Shown: positions 18,626 through 28,590, numbered from the stretch's first letter. The stretch: 64,000 nt of DNA from Thermoplasmata archaeon (GCA_052326305.1 JBKQPJ010000008.1:28498-92497); one strand, 5' to 3'. Program-made: numbers and translations. Notes: generated by a model not told the origin, from the letters alone.

Positions 18626-19402
18626 ATGGCCCTTCGCGCGGAACTCCCCGAGGAAGGGGAGCTGGTCATCGGGACCGTCACCTCGATCCGGAACTTTGGG
18701 GCGTTCGTCACCCTCGACGAGTACGCGAAGCGCGAGGCATTCATCCACCTCTCCGAGGTCGCCGCGGGCTGGGTCAAGTACATCCGGGACCACATCCGCG
18801 AGGGCCAGAAGATCGTCGCGCGGGTACTGCGCGTCGACCCCGCGAAGAACCAGATCGATCTCTCCCTGAAGCGGATCAACGACCATCAGCGGCGGGAGAA
18901 GGTCCAGGCCTGGAAGAACGAGCTGCGCGCGATGCGCCTCGTCGAGCAGGTCGCGACCGCGCTGGGGAAGACGGGGGAGGAGGCGCTCGAGCTCATCGGG
19001 CCCCCGCTGATCGAGCGGTACGCCTCGCTCTTCGCGGCCTTCGAGATCGCGTCGGCCGACCCGAAGCGGTTCCAGAAGGAGAATGAGAAGTCCGCCTGGG
19101 CGACCGCGTTCCTCAAGGTCGCCCGGGAGAACATCCTCCCGCCCCAGGTCACGATCCTCGGCACGCTCGAGATCTCCGACCGCGCGGCGGACGGCGTCGA
19201 CCACGTCCGGGCGGCCCTCGCGGCGGCCGAGGCGGCGGACAAGGAGGCGGTCGAGGTCCAGTACGTCGGCGCCCCCCGGTACCGCATCCGCGTCCAGGCG
19301 CCCCAGTACAAGCAGGCCGAGGAGACCCTGAAGCGGGCGACCGAGGCGGCGCTCAAGTCGATCCGGGCCGCGGGCGGCGAGGGGAGCTTCGCGCGCGCAT
19401 GA
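18626..19402 (+). CDS. eif2a: translation initiation factor 2 alpha subunit
   Basis: N-terminal S1 domain (GELVIGTVTSIRNFGAFVTLDEY) followed by a helical domain. Position in the L44e-S27e-aIF2a-Nop10 operon. Confidence 0.85.
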   Translation: MALRAELPEEGELVIGTVTSIRNFGAFVTLDEYAKREAFIHLSEVAAGWVKYIRDHIREGQKIVARVLRVDPAKNQIDLSLKRINDHQRREKVQAWKNELRAMRLVEQVATALGKTGEEALELIGPPLIERYASLFAAFEIASADPKRFQKENEKSAWATAFLKVARENILPPQVTILGTLEISDRAADGVDHVRAALAAAEAADKEAVEVQYVGAPRYRIRVQAPQYKQAEETLKRATEAALKSIRAAGGEGSFARA

Positions 19403-19581
19403 CGGAGTCGCTCCTGCGCGTGTGCCGGCCCTGCGGCCGCTACACGTTCCGCGCCCAGTGCCCCGACTGCTCGAACCCGACCCGCACGCCCCACCCCGCG
19501 CGGTTCGACTCGAGCGACCGGTACGGGAAGTACCGCCGTCGCCTGCTGGCGGCGACCGCGATGCCGACCCGGACGGAGTGA
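19399..19581 (+). CDS. nop10: H/ACA RNP protein Nop10
   Basis: 60 aa with CRPCGRYTF...CPDCSNPT zinc ribbon and a GKYRRRLL tail. Overlaps the aIF2a stop (ATGA). Confidence 0.85.
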   Translation: MTESLLRVCRPCGRYTFRAQCPDCSNPTRTPHPARFDSSDRYGKYRRRLLAATAMPTRTE

Positions 19582-19587
19582 TCACGT

Positions 19588-20112
19588 ATGGCAGCCGCGA
19601 TCCACCGGATCAAGGTCGTGAACGACGTGAGCGACCTCGTGCCGATCCTGCGGGCGGTCGACTCCCCGGTGAAGCTGAAGCTCGTGCAGCGGCTCGGCGA
19701 GGAGTGGCTCACGCTCGAGGACGTCGAGAAGCATTTCGGCAAGGACGGCGTGAAGGCGCTCGCCTTCTTCGAGAAGCTCCGGCTGATCGACACGCGCTGG
19801 GTCGCCCGCGAGGGCCGGCGCCAGCCGGACAAGAGCTACCACTTCTACTACTCGACGATCAACATCAACACGACGAGCCCCCTCGTCGAGATCTCCGAGG
19901 TGCTCGCCATCGCCACGATGGGCACGAAGGAGTACACGAAGCTCGAGCAGCGGATCTACGAGGCGGCCGGCCCCGACGGACGGTTCTTCTCCGACATCGC
20001 GGAGGAGCTCGGGATGTCCCCGACCCGCCTCAAGGGCCTCGTCAAGCGTTCCGAGAAGCTGGAGTACCGTGGGCATCGGATCGAGCGGTTCCAGGCGGAA
20101 GTCGACGCGTAG
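19588..20112 (+). CDS. hypothetical protein, probable winged-helix DNA-binding domain
   Basis: 174-aa ORF co-oriented in the operon. Helix-turn-helix-like stretches but no strong family call. Confidence 0.4.
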   Translation: MAAAIHRIKVVNDVSDLVPILRAVDSPVKLKLVQRLGEEWLTLEDVEKHFGKDGVKALAFFEKLRLIDTRWVAREGRRQPDKSYHFYYSTININTTSPLVEISEVLAIATMGTKEYTKLEQRIYEAAGPDGRFFSDIAEELGMSPTRLKGLVKRSEKLEYRGHRIERFQAEVDA

Positions 20113-20131
20113 ACCGCGCCCCGGGCCCTCG

Positions 20132-20653
20132 GTGCTCCGGATCGGCCACCGGCCCGGCCGGGACCCCCGGCTCACGACCCATCTCGCGCTCACGGCCCGC
20201 GCCTTCGGCGCGCGCCGGATGTACCTCCACCCGCCCGACCCGGATCTCGCCGAGCGCCTGCGCCGGGTGGTCGACGGCTGGGGCGGCGACTTCGAGATCG
20301 TCCCCGCGCCGGACTGGCGGAAAGTGGTGCGCGAGCACCGGGGGACGGTCGTCCACCTCACGATGTACGGTCTCCCGCTCGAGCGCGTGCTCCCCCGGCT
20401 GCGGAGGGGCGGGGAGATCCTGTTCGTCGTCGGCGGCGCGAAGGTCCCGGCCGACCTCTACGCGCTCGCGGGGCTCAACGTCGCGGTCGGTCACCAGCCG
20501 CACAGCGAGGTCGCCGCCCTCGCCGTCGTCCTCGAGCGGCTGCGCGGGGTCCCGGGGCCCGAGCCGCTCCCGGGGGCGCGTCGCCGCATCGTCCCGACCG
20601 AGCGCGGGAAGCGCGTCCGTTCGCGGGGGAGGGACGGCCGATGGAGCCGCTAG
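20132..20653 (+). CDS. tRNA (cytidine56-2'-O)-methyltransferase aTrm56
   Basis: VLRIGHRPGRDPRLTTHLALTARAFGA is the aTrm56 SPOUT N-terminal signature. GTG start at 20132 proposed because the longer track ORF overlaps the upstream gene. Confidence 0.7.
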   Translation: MLRIGHRPGRDPRLTTHLALTARAFGARRMYLHPPDPDLAERLRRVVDGWGGDFEIVPAPDWRKVVREHRGTVVHLTMYGLPLERVLPRLRRGGEILFVVGGAKVPADLYALAGLNVAVGHQPHSEVAALAVVLERLRGVPGPEPLPGARRRIVPTERGKRVRSRGRDGRWSR

Positions 20654-21630
20654 CCCCGATCCCGCCGCGCCCGCTCCCGGTCTCGGCAATCGCTCCGGGG
20701 AAGTGCATCGTCTTCGGGGAGCATGCGGTCGTGCACGGCGCTCCGGAGCTCCTGCTCGCGATCGATCTCACGACCCAGACGCTCGTCCGCCCCGCGCCAC
20801 GGGGGACGACGATCCTCAACGCCGACCGGGAGGCGCTCGCGCACAATCCGTACTTCCGGGAGGCGATGAGCCGCGCCTGGGAGCGGTCCGCCCCCCCGGT
20901 AGAGGTCCGGAGCGTCTCGCGGATCCCCCGCGCTGCCGGGCTCGGGTCGTCGGCCGCCTTCGCCGCGTCGCTCTCGGCGGCGTTCGGCGCGGCGACCGGC
21001 GGGATCGACCGCCCGGGCCTCGCCCAGCGGGCGTTCGACATCGAGCGGGCGGCCCAGGGGGTCGGTAGCCCCGGGGACACCTCGGCGAGCGTCGCGGGGG
21101 GGTACGTCTCTCTCAACGGCGGCTCCGGCGATCTCCTCTGGACGGTGACCGCCGCCGAGCAGAAGTGGGAGGTGCGTCGGGTCGAGGACCCCCGGTGGCT
21201 CTGGGTCGTCGCGCACACCGGCATCGCGCGCGCGACCGGCCCGGCGGTGCGCGCCGTCGGCGAACGGTTCCGGGCGGCGGGCGGGGCGGCGCTCCTCGAG
21301 GAGTTCGCGGCCCTCGCGCGGGAGGGGATCGCCGCCGTCGGTCGCGGGGACCGCGTCCGCACCGCCGAGCTGATGCGCCGCAACCAGGAGCTGCTCGTCG
21401 AGGTCGGGGTCTCGCATCCCCGCCTCGAGGCCCTCCTCGCCGCCGCCGCCCCGGCCGCGGAAGCGGCGAAGATCACGGGCGCCGGCGGGGGCGGGTCGAT
21501 CGTCGCCCTTCCCGTGCCCGGAAGCGAGTCGGACCTCGTCCGCCGGCTCGCCCGAGCCGGCGGGCTCCCGTTCGTCGTCCAGCCGTCCGCGCGCGGCGCC
21601 GAGCTGCTCGAAGGGCCGGTGCCGTCCTAA
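20641..21630 (+). CDS. mvk: mevalonate kinase (GHMP kinase)
   Basis: APGKCIVFGEHAVV N-terminus, PRAAGLGSSAAFAAS GHMP motif, and C-terminal GAGGGGS. Confidence 0.85.
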   Translation: MEPLAPIPPRPLPVSAIAPGKCIVFGEHAVVHGAPELLLAIDLTTQTLVRPAPRGTTILNADREALAHNPYFREAMSRAWERSAPPVEVRSVSRIPRAAGLGSSAAFAASLSAAFGAATGGIDRPGLAQRAFDIERAAQGVGSPGDTSASVAGGYVSLNGGSGDLLWTVTAAEQKWEVRRVEDPRWLWVVAHTGIARATGPAVRAVGERFRAAGGAALLEEFAALAREGIAAVGRGDRVRTAELMRRNQELLVEVGVSHPRLEALLAAAAPAAEAAKITGAGGGGSIVALPVPGSESDLVRRLARAGGLPFVVQPSARGAELLEGPVPS

Positions 21631-21643
21631 CGGACCGGCCCGT

Positions 21644-22840
21644 TCACTTGCGCGCGACGATCCGCACGACGGAGTTCGGCTCCATCGGGTGGTCGGCGGC
21701 GAGCGCGCGGTGCGTCCGGCCGTCGATCGCCCGGATGAACTGCTCCCCGAGGTCGGTGTGCACGCGGTACGCGAGCGCCCGCGCCGGGATCCCCGCGGGG
21801 ACCAGCAGCGCGTCCGGGAGGACGCGGCCCTTGCTGTCCGTCCAGTGCGTCTCGTCCTCCACCGGATAGACGACCATCCGGCCGAGCCGGGTGAAGACGG
21901 TCGTTTCGAGCGCCTCTTGGACGCCGGTCGTGCCCCATTCGTGGAGGACGCGCCGGATCTCCGCGAGCGCGGCGGTCTGGCCCGGGCTCAGGCGGGCCGG
22001 GTCGCGGACCGTGAAGGCGGTGTCGCCGGGCCGGTAGTCGACCATGCCGGCCCGGGCCGCGCGTCGCAGCGTGAGCTCGGCGTCGGCGGCCGTCGGGACG
22101 AAGGGAAGAGGTCGGATCCCCTCGCCGAGCAGCGCGGCCTGGGCGCGCGTCGCGCGATCGCATTTGTTCGCGGCCACGAGCCTCGGCTTCGAGGAGCGGA
22201 GGAGCTCGCGGGCGAGATCGAGACGCTGCTCGTCGGTCCAGTGGGCGGGGTGGTCGCGCTCGACGGGGGCGTTGCGCAGGGCCGTCATCACCGCCGGCGT
22301 GGGGATCGAGAGGCCCGCGAGCCGCTCGGTCAGGAACTCCTCGACCTTCCGGCCCTCGAGCTCCACGCCCTTCGCCTGACGCACGAAATCGCGGCCCAGC
22401 ACCTCGGCGATCCACGCGACGAGCTCCTCCTCGAGCCATCCGACCTCCTGGGCGGGGTCGTGCGATCCGGGAGCGACGATCTGACCCTCGGCGTCGGTCG
22501 CCCCGCTCAGGTCGACGACCTGGACGAACCCGTCGGCCTGCCGGAGATCGTCGAGGAACTTGTGGCCGAGACCCTTGCCCTCGTGGGCGCCGGGGACGAG
22601 GCCCGGAACATCGACGAGGGCGACGGGCACCCATCGGGTCCCGTCGACGCATTTCGCGTTGCCCGGATGGCACTGCGGTCCCTTCTCGTGGTGGGGGCAC
22701 GGCGCCCGCACGGCCGACACCCCCCGGTTCGGCGCGATCGTCGTGAAGGGGTACGGGGCCATCGGAACCTCGAGGAGCGTGAGGGCGTTGAAGAACGTCG
22801 ACTTCCCGACGTTCGGCTTGCCCACGACCCCTACTTCCAT
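21644..22840 (-). CDS. ychF: YchF/OLA1-type Obg-family GTPase/ATPase with TGS domain
   Basis: VGVVGKPNVGKSTFFNALT P-loop, VDVPGLVPGAHEG and C-terminal TGS domain. Confidence 0.8.
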   Translation of the reverse strand: MEVGVVGKPNVGKSTFFNALTLLEVPMAPYPFTTIAPNRGVSAVRAPCPHHEKGPQCHPGNAKCVDGTRWVPVALVDVPGLVPGAHEGKGLGHKFLDDLRQADGFVQVVDLSGATDAEGQIVAPGSHDPAQEVGWLEEELVAWIAEVLGRDFVRQAKGVELEGRKVEEFLTERLAGLSIPTPAVMTALRNAPVERDHPAHWTDEQRLDLARELLRSSKPRLVAANKCDRATRAQAALLGEGIRPLPFVPTAADAELTLRRAARAGMVDYRPGDTAFTVRDPARLSPGQTAALAEIRRVLHEWGTTGVQEALETTVFTRLGRMVVYPVEDETHWTDSKGRVLPDALLVPAGIPARALAYRVHTDLGEQFIRAIDGRTHRALAADHPMEPNSVVRIVARK

Positions 22841-22862
22841 CTTCGGATCGCTCCTACCGTCC

Positions 22863-23480
22863 TCAGACCGTGTAGTTCGGCGGGGTCTCGACCACGCCCA
22901 GAGCGTGGTTCGTGGCGAGCGCGAGGGCGAAGAGGAGGTCGCTCAGGCGGTTCGCCCACGCGAGGAGGTCGGCGGAGAGCGGCTCGTCCCGGTGGAGCGC
23001 GAAGAGCTCGCGCTCGGCCCGTCGCGAGATGGTGCGACAGACGTGGAGCGCCGACGCCGGCATCGAGCCCCCGGGGACCACAAAGCTGCGGGTCGGGGGA
23101 TGTTCCGCCTCGAACCGGTCGATCTCATGCTCGAGCCGTTCGGTGTGCGCCGCCGTGAGGTGATGCTTCGCACCGGCCCCGTTCGGAGCGGCGGCCAGCT
23201 CGGCCTGGGCCACGAACACCTCGTCCTGGAGTCGCCGAACGACCGTCCGGATCTCCCCGAGCGACTCGGGGAGCGTTGCCAGGGCCACGCCGAGGTGGGC
23301 GCCGAGCTCGTCGTACGCGCCGTAGGCGCGGATCCGCAGGGCGTCCTTCGCTAGACGGACGCCACCCGCGAGACCGGTCGTTCCACGGTCGCCCGTACGG
23401 GTATAGAGACGCGGGATCCTCTCGCCTCCGGCCGCCACGGCAGCTGATCCAAGGGGGAGCTCAGACCGTGGACGGGGCAA
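22863..23480 (-). CDS. ATP:cob(I)alamin adenosyltransferase, PduO-type
   Basis: YTRTGDRGTTGL and IRAYGAYDELGAHLG match the PduO/MMAB N-terminal motifs. Confidence 0.75.
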   Translation of the reverse strand: MPRPRSELPLGSAAVAAGGERIPRLYTRTGDRGTTGLAGGVRLAKDALRIRAYGAYDELGAHLGVALATLPESLGEIRTVVRRLQDEVFVAQAELAAAPNGAGAKHHLTAAHTERLEHEIDRFEAEHPPTRSFVVPGGSMPASALHVCRTISRRAERELFALHRDEPLSADLLAWANRLSDLLFALALATNHALGVVETPPNYTV

Positions 23481-23605
23481 TACGAGATGTGGAGCACCTC
23501 ATTATGCTTGGCGTCCTGACGGCACAGTCGGCAAATGAATCCGCTTCGCTCGCTCCAGGCGATCCCCATCGCTCCTACGGTTGCTGCCATCCCTTGTCCC
23601 GGGGG

Positions 23606-24004
23606 CTAGCGCCGGAGGAGCCCCCGCCCCTCCCGATCCGCTCGTCGTCGTCCCTCACGTCGCTCGCTCGCCGCGCGCGCGTGGTTCCGCAGCGCGGGCA
23701 GCCGCTCGCCGTAGGTCCGGGCTAGCTCCGAGATCCCGATGTGGACGGCGAGCGAGAGCGCGCCGTCGTAGTTCGGGGCATACCCTTGCTCGACCAGCTC
23801 TTCGAGCTCGTTCCGCAGGGTCGCGGGGAGCTCGGTGACGGAGGGCCGCTCCTTCGCGGCCTCCCGGACGAGGGCGCGCACCGCTTCCGAGCGGCTCGCG
23901 AACTCGCGGCTCTGGCGGATCTGGTCGAGAAGGGCCTCCTCCTCGGTCGTCAGGCGCACGCCGAGGAAACGGGTCGCGGGAGCGTCGGCCCGAGCGTTTC
24001 GCAC
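23606..24004 (-). CDS. ribbon-helix-helix (CopG/Arc-like) DNA-binding protein
   Basis: RFLGVRLTTEEEALLDQIRQSREFASRSEAVRALVRE is an RHH beta-strand-helix-helix pattern. GTG start. Sits beside an AT-rich palindrome-containing intergenic region. Confidence 0.55.
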   Translation of the reverse strand: MRNARADAPATRFLGVRLTTEEEALLDQIRQSREFASRSEAVRALVREAAKERPSVTELPATLRNELEELVEQGYAPNYDGALSLAVHIGISELARTYGERLPALRNHARAASERREGRRRADREGRGLLRR

Positions 24005-24045
24005 GGCGTTTAACAGAATTTAACGAATACTTATCCTTTGTGCCG

Positions 24046-24076
24046 TTTCGTTAAACGAAGGGGGCAAGGCGTCTCC
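24046..24076. repeat. palindromic GGAGACGCC...TTTCGTYAAACGAA element, copy A (reverse orientation, half copy)
   Basis: tttcgttaaacgaagggggcaaggcgtctcc read directly. Reverse complement matches copies B and C (ggagacgccYYgcccccTTtcgtYaRacgaa). Confidence 0.7.
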
Positions 24077-24427
24077 GAACCCGGCGAGCACCGATCGCCA
24101 GCCCCACGGAGTCCGCTTGAAGCTGCAGGACGTCCCGTGCCCGCCCACGCGCCAGCACCCGGTTCGGTGAACGACCGAACTGCGCGAGGAGACGTCGGTC
24201 ACGCCGGTGCCGTTCGCGCCGGAGCATCCGACGAGAGACGCGATCTAGGCGTTCTGAAGTTCTCGGTCGCGGGGCCGTCGGGTGGAAGTACCCGTGACCG
24301 GACGGCCGAAACCAAGGGGCGGGCCCGGCGATAGAGCACGCGGTCACGAAGATGGGGGGGACCTTCGCTAAGCTACTTGAGAAGGGATGGCCTGAGCTCG
24401 CCGAGGCGAGGGCGTAGAGGCGCGTAG

Positions 24428-25021
24428 ATGTCGAGAAAGATCACCGCCAGTCTGTACATGACACTTGACGGCCGCGGAGCGTTCCCGAAGTACCCGGGTT
24501 CCGACCGGCAGACGACCGAGGCCAACGAAATGTGGCGCGAGATGTGGCTGAATCGGTTCGACGATGACACGACCGTCATCATGGGCCGCCGGTCGTTCCT
24601 TGGTCATCGACGCGTCTGGACCGAGAAAGCACGAATAGCGAGCGACCCGAAGTACTTGATCGATTACTCTCGGTGGCTCGACCACGTCGACAAGGTCTGT
24701 CTGTCGAACCGCTTGAAGTCCCCGGGATGGGAGAACTCCCGGATCATGAAGGGCGACCTTTCCAAGATCGTTGCCAAGGTGAAGCGCGAGAAGGGCGGGA
24801 ACATCATCGCGGAGGGGGGCCCGCGACTGATCCTCGAGTTCCTCCGGCGGGGGCTCGCGGACGATTACTGGCTCGTCGTGCAGCCCGTGGTCTACGGGAA
24901 AGGGCCTCAGTACTGGGGTCCGATGAAAGCGCAAGCGACCCTCAGGCTCCTCTCGTCGACGACCATGGAAGACGGGGAGTTGATGCTCCACTACGAAATG
25001 GTTCGAGGATTCCGCGCCTAG
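24428..25021 (+). CDS. dihydrofolate reductase-like / RibD C-terminal domain family protein
   Basis: MSRKITASLYMTLDG...IMGRRSF...GGNIIAEGGPRLILEFL pattern typical of the YwjB/RibD-C DHFR-like family. Confidence 0.65.
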   Translation: MSRKITASLYMTLDGRGAFPKYPGSDRQTTEANEMWREMWLNRFDDDTTVIMGRRSFLGHRRVWTEKARIASDPKYLIDYSRWLDHVDKVCLSNRLKSPGWENSRIMKGDLSKIVAKVKREKGGNIIAEGGPRLILEFLRRGLADDYWLVVQPVVYGKGPQYWGPMKAQATLRLLSSTTMEDGELMLHYEMVRGFRA

Positions 25022-25196
25022 TGCGACCGGCGACCGCTGGGACCTGGGCGGGTCCCGTGCGCAGAGGGCGGCGCGAGGGGAGGGAGGCGTCCGGCCTCGC
25101 ATCACGAGGGTCGGAACGAGGGGGGGCACCAATGGGGCCCCGTACTCACAACCCCTGGCGGGGTACAAGTAGGCCCGTCGGCTCCGTCCGCGGGCC

Positions 25197-26306
25197 ATGC
25201 CGGAGACCCCCTCGAAGCTGCAGCGCAGCGCCGCCCGCAACATCGTGGCCAAGTACCTCAAGGTCCGAGCGGGAGAGAACGCGATCATCGAGTCGTGGGA
25301 CCACACGATGGCCATGGCCACGGCGATGGTCGATGAGGTCCGCCGAGCGGGCGGCCGCGTCCTCCTCGTCCACGAGGACGAGGACGCGTGGTGGCGCGCG
25401 GTCGACCGAAAGCAGAGCAAGCTCCTCGGCCAGTCGAGCGCCCCGGAGTGGGCGGCGTTGAAAGCCGCGGATGTGTACGTGAATTTCTGGGGTCCGGGCG
25501 ACACCGACCGCATCGAGGATCTTCCCGAGAAGACCTTCGACGAAGCGCTCGCCTGGAACTGGCCCTGGTACGCGGTCGCCCGGAAGGCGGGGCTCCGCGG
25601 CGGGCGGATGACCGTTGGGTTCGTGACGGAGGGACGGGCCAAGAAGTGGGGCGTGGACCTCGCCCAGTGGGAGGAAGGCGTGCTGCGGGCATCTCTCGTC
25701 GACCCGGAGGAGACGGCGAAGAGCGGGGCTCGGCTCTGCCAGGCGCTCTCCCGCGGGAAGAAGGTGCGGATCTCGCACTCGAACGGAACCGACCTGGAAG
25801 TCGCCCTCGGGGGGGTCGCTCCACGGTTGCACGACGGGAGACCCCACCCCTATCACAAGGGAGACTCCACCTCTGGGATGCTGCAGCAGATACCCGCCGG
25901 AACTGTCGAGGTGGCCCTCGACTCCAAAACCGCGGAGGGGAGCTTCCACGCCAACCGCCGGACCAATATCTGGTGGAACGTGCACACGGGGGGAACGCTC
26001 GAATTCGCTGCCGGTAAACTTTCCTCGTACTCCTTCGAGGAGGGCGAGGAAAATTTTGCCCGTCAGTACTCGAACGGCACGGCGGGCAAGGACCGTGCCA
26101 GCGTGCTCAAGCTCGGGCTGAACCCGGCCGTCGAGGACGTCCCCAATCTGGAGACCATCGAGCGCGGCGGCGCTACCCTGCAAATCGGGGGGAACCGGTA
26201 TCTGAGGGGCACCAACGGATCGAATTTCTTCACTTGGTTCTCGCTCGCCGGCTCCGAGATCGCGATCGACGGGACTCCGGTCATCCGCTCCGGAAAGCTG
26301 CTCTAG
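25197..26306 (+). CDS. aminopeptidase, M29 (AmpS/aminopeptidase T-like) family, tentative
   Basis: 369 aa of non-repetitive sequence with conserved His/Glu/Asp clusters (HSNGTDLEV..., ...HANRRTNIWWNVHTGG) resembling thermophilic M29 aminopeptidases. Assigned from memory. Confidence 0.45.
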   Translation: MPETPSKLQRSAARNIVAKYLKVRAGENAIIESWDHTMAMATAMVDEVRRAGGRVLLVHEDEDAWWRAVDRKQSKLLGQSSAPEWAALKAADVYVNFWGPGDTDRIEDLPEKTFDEALAWNWPWYAVARKAGLRGGRMTVGFVTEGRAKKWGVDLAQWEEGVLRASLVDPEETAKSGARLCQALSRGKKVRISHSNGTDLEVALGGVAPRLHDGRPHPYHKGDSTSGMLQQIPAGTVEVALDSKTAEGSFHANRRTNIWWNVHTGGTLEFAAGKLSSYSFEEGEENFARQYSNGTAGKDRASVLKLGLNPAVEDVPNLETIERGGATLQIGGNRYLRGTNGSNFFTWFSLAGSEIAIDGTPVIRSGKLL

Positions 26307-26419
26307 TGCCGCGTCCACCAGCGGCGTGCCGGACGTGAATTGGTCACCCGCGGATTGGATCGAGCCGACGGATGGCCCGGTGGAGGGCCTCCTCCACCGC
26401 TCCCCCCTTCACTGGGTTT

Positions 26420-26468
26420 GGAGACGCCCCGCCCCCTTTCGTCAAACGAACGGGGGCAGGGTGTCTCC
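26420..26468. repeat. palindromic element copy B (complete 17-bp stem hairpin with TTTCGTCAAACGAA centre)
   Basis: ggagacgccccgccccc / tttcgtcaaacgaa / cgggggcagggtgtctcc. Arms are complementary with one mismatch and one G-U pair. Confidence 0.75.
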
Positions 26469-26587
26469 CATCCCCCCACCTCAGCGCCGAGCGGTGGCAT
26501 GGGGGCCTCCTTCGTCCTCCGGGATTTCCCATCCCCCGAGCAGCCGCCGCTCGCCCGGGAGGGAACGGCGCCCACCCCCGAGCCGTG

Positions 26588-27493
26588 TCAGGCGCGGGTG
26601 GACTCCTTGGGGGCGTCGGCGAACAGTTCTTCGAGCGGGTTCCCCATCTCGCGTATCTCCCGGATCCGGACCCCCTGGGACTCGAGCGTGCGGAGGAGGT
26701 CGGGAACGGCCTCGGGGCCCGGGAGCTCCTTGAGGTAGTAGTCGCCCTGCCGCGGGAGCCCGGCCAGCGCGCTCGAGGGTTCGAGGGTACGGATCCCGAG
26801 GACGAAATGCGAGCTTCGGAGGTCGTCGATCCGCCCGAAGAGGGCGATCTGTCCTTCTCGGATGGCCATCACGTACCGACCGATCTCCCTCGCCTCGTAT
26901 AGGTTGTGGGAGGAGTAGAGCACCACTCGCTTGCGGCTGAGATTGAGGACGAGGGCGCGGATCTCGCTCGCGACCTTCGGGTCCAGGTTGCCGGTCGGTT
27001 CGTCCAGGAGATAGATGGGCCGCTCCCGTAGGAAGACGCGCGCGATCGAGACTCGCTTGCGCTGACCGGCGCTGAGTTGCGAGACGTACTGCTCCGCGAG
27101 CGGCCGGATCTCGAGCAGGTCAAGGACGCGCTCTACATCCGACGGGCCGGCCCGCTCGACCAGGGCATAGAAGTTGAGCGCCTCGCGCACCCGGAGTCCA
27201 TCCGGGATACCATCGACGTGCGACAGGTAGTGGACTCGGGTCCCCGCACTCGAACGGTCGAGGGTCCTTCCATCGATCCGAATCGTCCCCTCGTACGGCT
27301 CGAGGATCCCCGAGAGGGTCCGCAGCAGAGTCGTCTTCCCCGCTCCGTTGGGGCCGAGCACGACGTAGATGGCCGGTTCGCTTATCTGAAACGAGATGTG
27401 GCGCAGAACTCGAATTCCGTTGTACCCTGCGCTGACGCCCCGGCACTCGATCGCCGGCCCCGAGCCATTGGACTCGACCGAGGGCGCGCGCAT
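26588..27493 (-). CDS. ABC transporter ATP-binding protein
   Basis: GPNGAGKTTLL Walker A, LSAGQRKRVSIA signature and YLLDEPT Walker B. Confidence 0.9.
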   Translation of the reverse strand: MRAPSVESNGSGPAIECRGVSAGYNGIRVLRHISFQISEPAIYVVLGPNGAGKTTLLRTLSGILEPYEGTIRIDGRTLDRSSAGTRVHYLSHVDGIPDGLRVREALNFYALVERAGPSDVERVLDLLEIRPLAEQYVSQLSAGQRKRVSIARVFLRERPIYLLDEPTGNLDPKVASEIRALVLNLSRKRVVLYSSHNLYEAREIGRYVMAIREGQIALFGRIDDLRSSHFVLGIRTLEPSSALAGLPRQGDYYLKELPGPEAVPDLLRTLESQGVRIREIREMGNPLEELFADAPKESTRA

Positions 27494-27517
27494 GGTCCCT
27501 TCTTCCTCTCCGGTCCG

Positions 27518-28243
27518 CTAGGCGGGCGAGAGGAGGCGCTCTCTCCGCAGGAACCGGCTCAATGTACCCAGCAAGGCGATCACGATGAGGACGACCGCGC
27601 CCACGACCCCCGCGGCGAGAAGCAGCAGCTCCGTTGGCGAGAATATCCCCGCCGCGGCCAGGGCCGTCAACAGGAAGAGGGTCACGAGGGACGGGAGGAT
27701 CCCGATGAGCGGGATCAGGCCGATCGGGCTGTTCATGCCGGCCCTCGGCGAGGAGAGCGAGGTCCAGAGCATCCCGACCGTCGCCGCGAACGCCGGCGAC
27801 GCGATGCTCATGGGGATCGCGTAGAGGAACAGGAGGGTCGCGAACTGGGTCGTGAACGGATGTCCTCGGATCAAGGACGCCCCGACTCCCACCCCCACCG
27901 CCACCGAAAGCACGACCGCGGAGAGCGCGAGCGCCGTCAACAGGAAGGTGACGAAAAGTCGTCGAGGAGTGTATCCGTAGGCGAGGAGGTACTCGAGGAC
28001 CCCTTTGATGCGGTCGTTGGTGAAGACGACCATCGCGCCCATCGATCCCATCACGACGAAGATAGGGAGGACGAACGGGAACGCCGACGCGAACGCCGAC
28101 CCGGGGGAGAGCGCGAGCGATACGCCGAGGACCACCGCGATCCCACTACCGTAGACCAGGAAGAATCGCCCGGTCGTGAACGACCGCCGCACCGTGACCC
28201 CGAGGAGGGAGGGGGCGGCCTCTGAGTTCATCGAGCGGCGCAT
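27518..28243 (-). CDS. ABC-2 type transporter permease
   Basis: Six predicted hydrophobic helices in 241 aa, immediately downstream of and co-oriented with the ABC ATPase. Confidence 0.7.
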   Translation of the reverse strand: MRRSMNSEAAPSLLGVTVRRSFTTGRFFLVYGSGIAVVLGVSLALSPGSAFASAFPFVLPIFVVMGSMGAMVVFTNDRIKGVLEYLLAYGYTPRRLFVTFLLTALALSAVVLSVAVGVGVGASLIRGHPFTTQFATLLFLYAIPMSIASPAFAATVGMLWTSLSSPRAGMNSPIGLIPLIGILPSLVTLFLLTALAAAGIFSPTELLLLAAGVVGAVVLIVIALLGTLSRFLRRERLLSPA

Positions 28244-28528
28244 ACCCCGGGCCGATTAAATCGGGGACTATCGAGGAGTCCGGTGAGCCGCGGGCGGCCA
28301 GTGAGGTTTCGTTCGATGAGCACCGGGGTCCGGTCGGCGGGCCGCCGGTAGCATGACGAAGCCGCGAATCGGGTCGCAGACTACGGTCTCGCACGGGAAT
28401 GCGATGGGACCAGTCTCTGCTAGAAGGTCGCGACCTTGTGGCTCAGAGCGAGCTCTTCGATGCTCACTTTCAAGCAGGCGTCCTGGTCGGAGATTTGCCG
28501 GGGCCTGACGAGGCCCCACGGCCCTAAT

Positions 28529-28590
28529 CCCTTGCCCCCGGATGCGTCGGGCAGGGTCTGGAGACGCCCTGCCCCCTTTCGTTAGACGAA
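28529..28590. repeat. palindromic element copy C (rearranged)
   Basis: cccttgcccccgg ... gggcagggtctggagacgccctgccccctttcgttagacgaa. The left arm plus centre are conserved, and the partner arm is displaced upstream. Confidence 0.65.
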
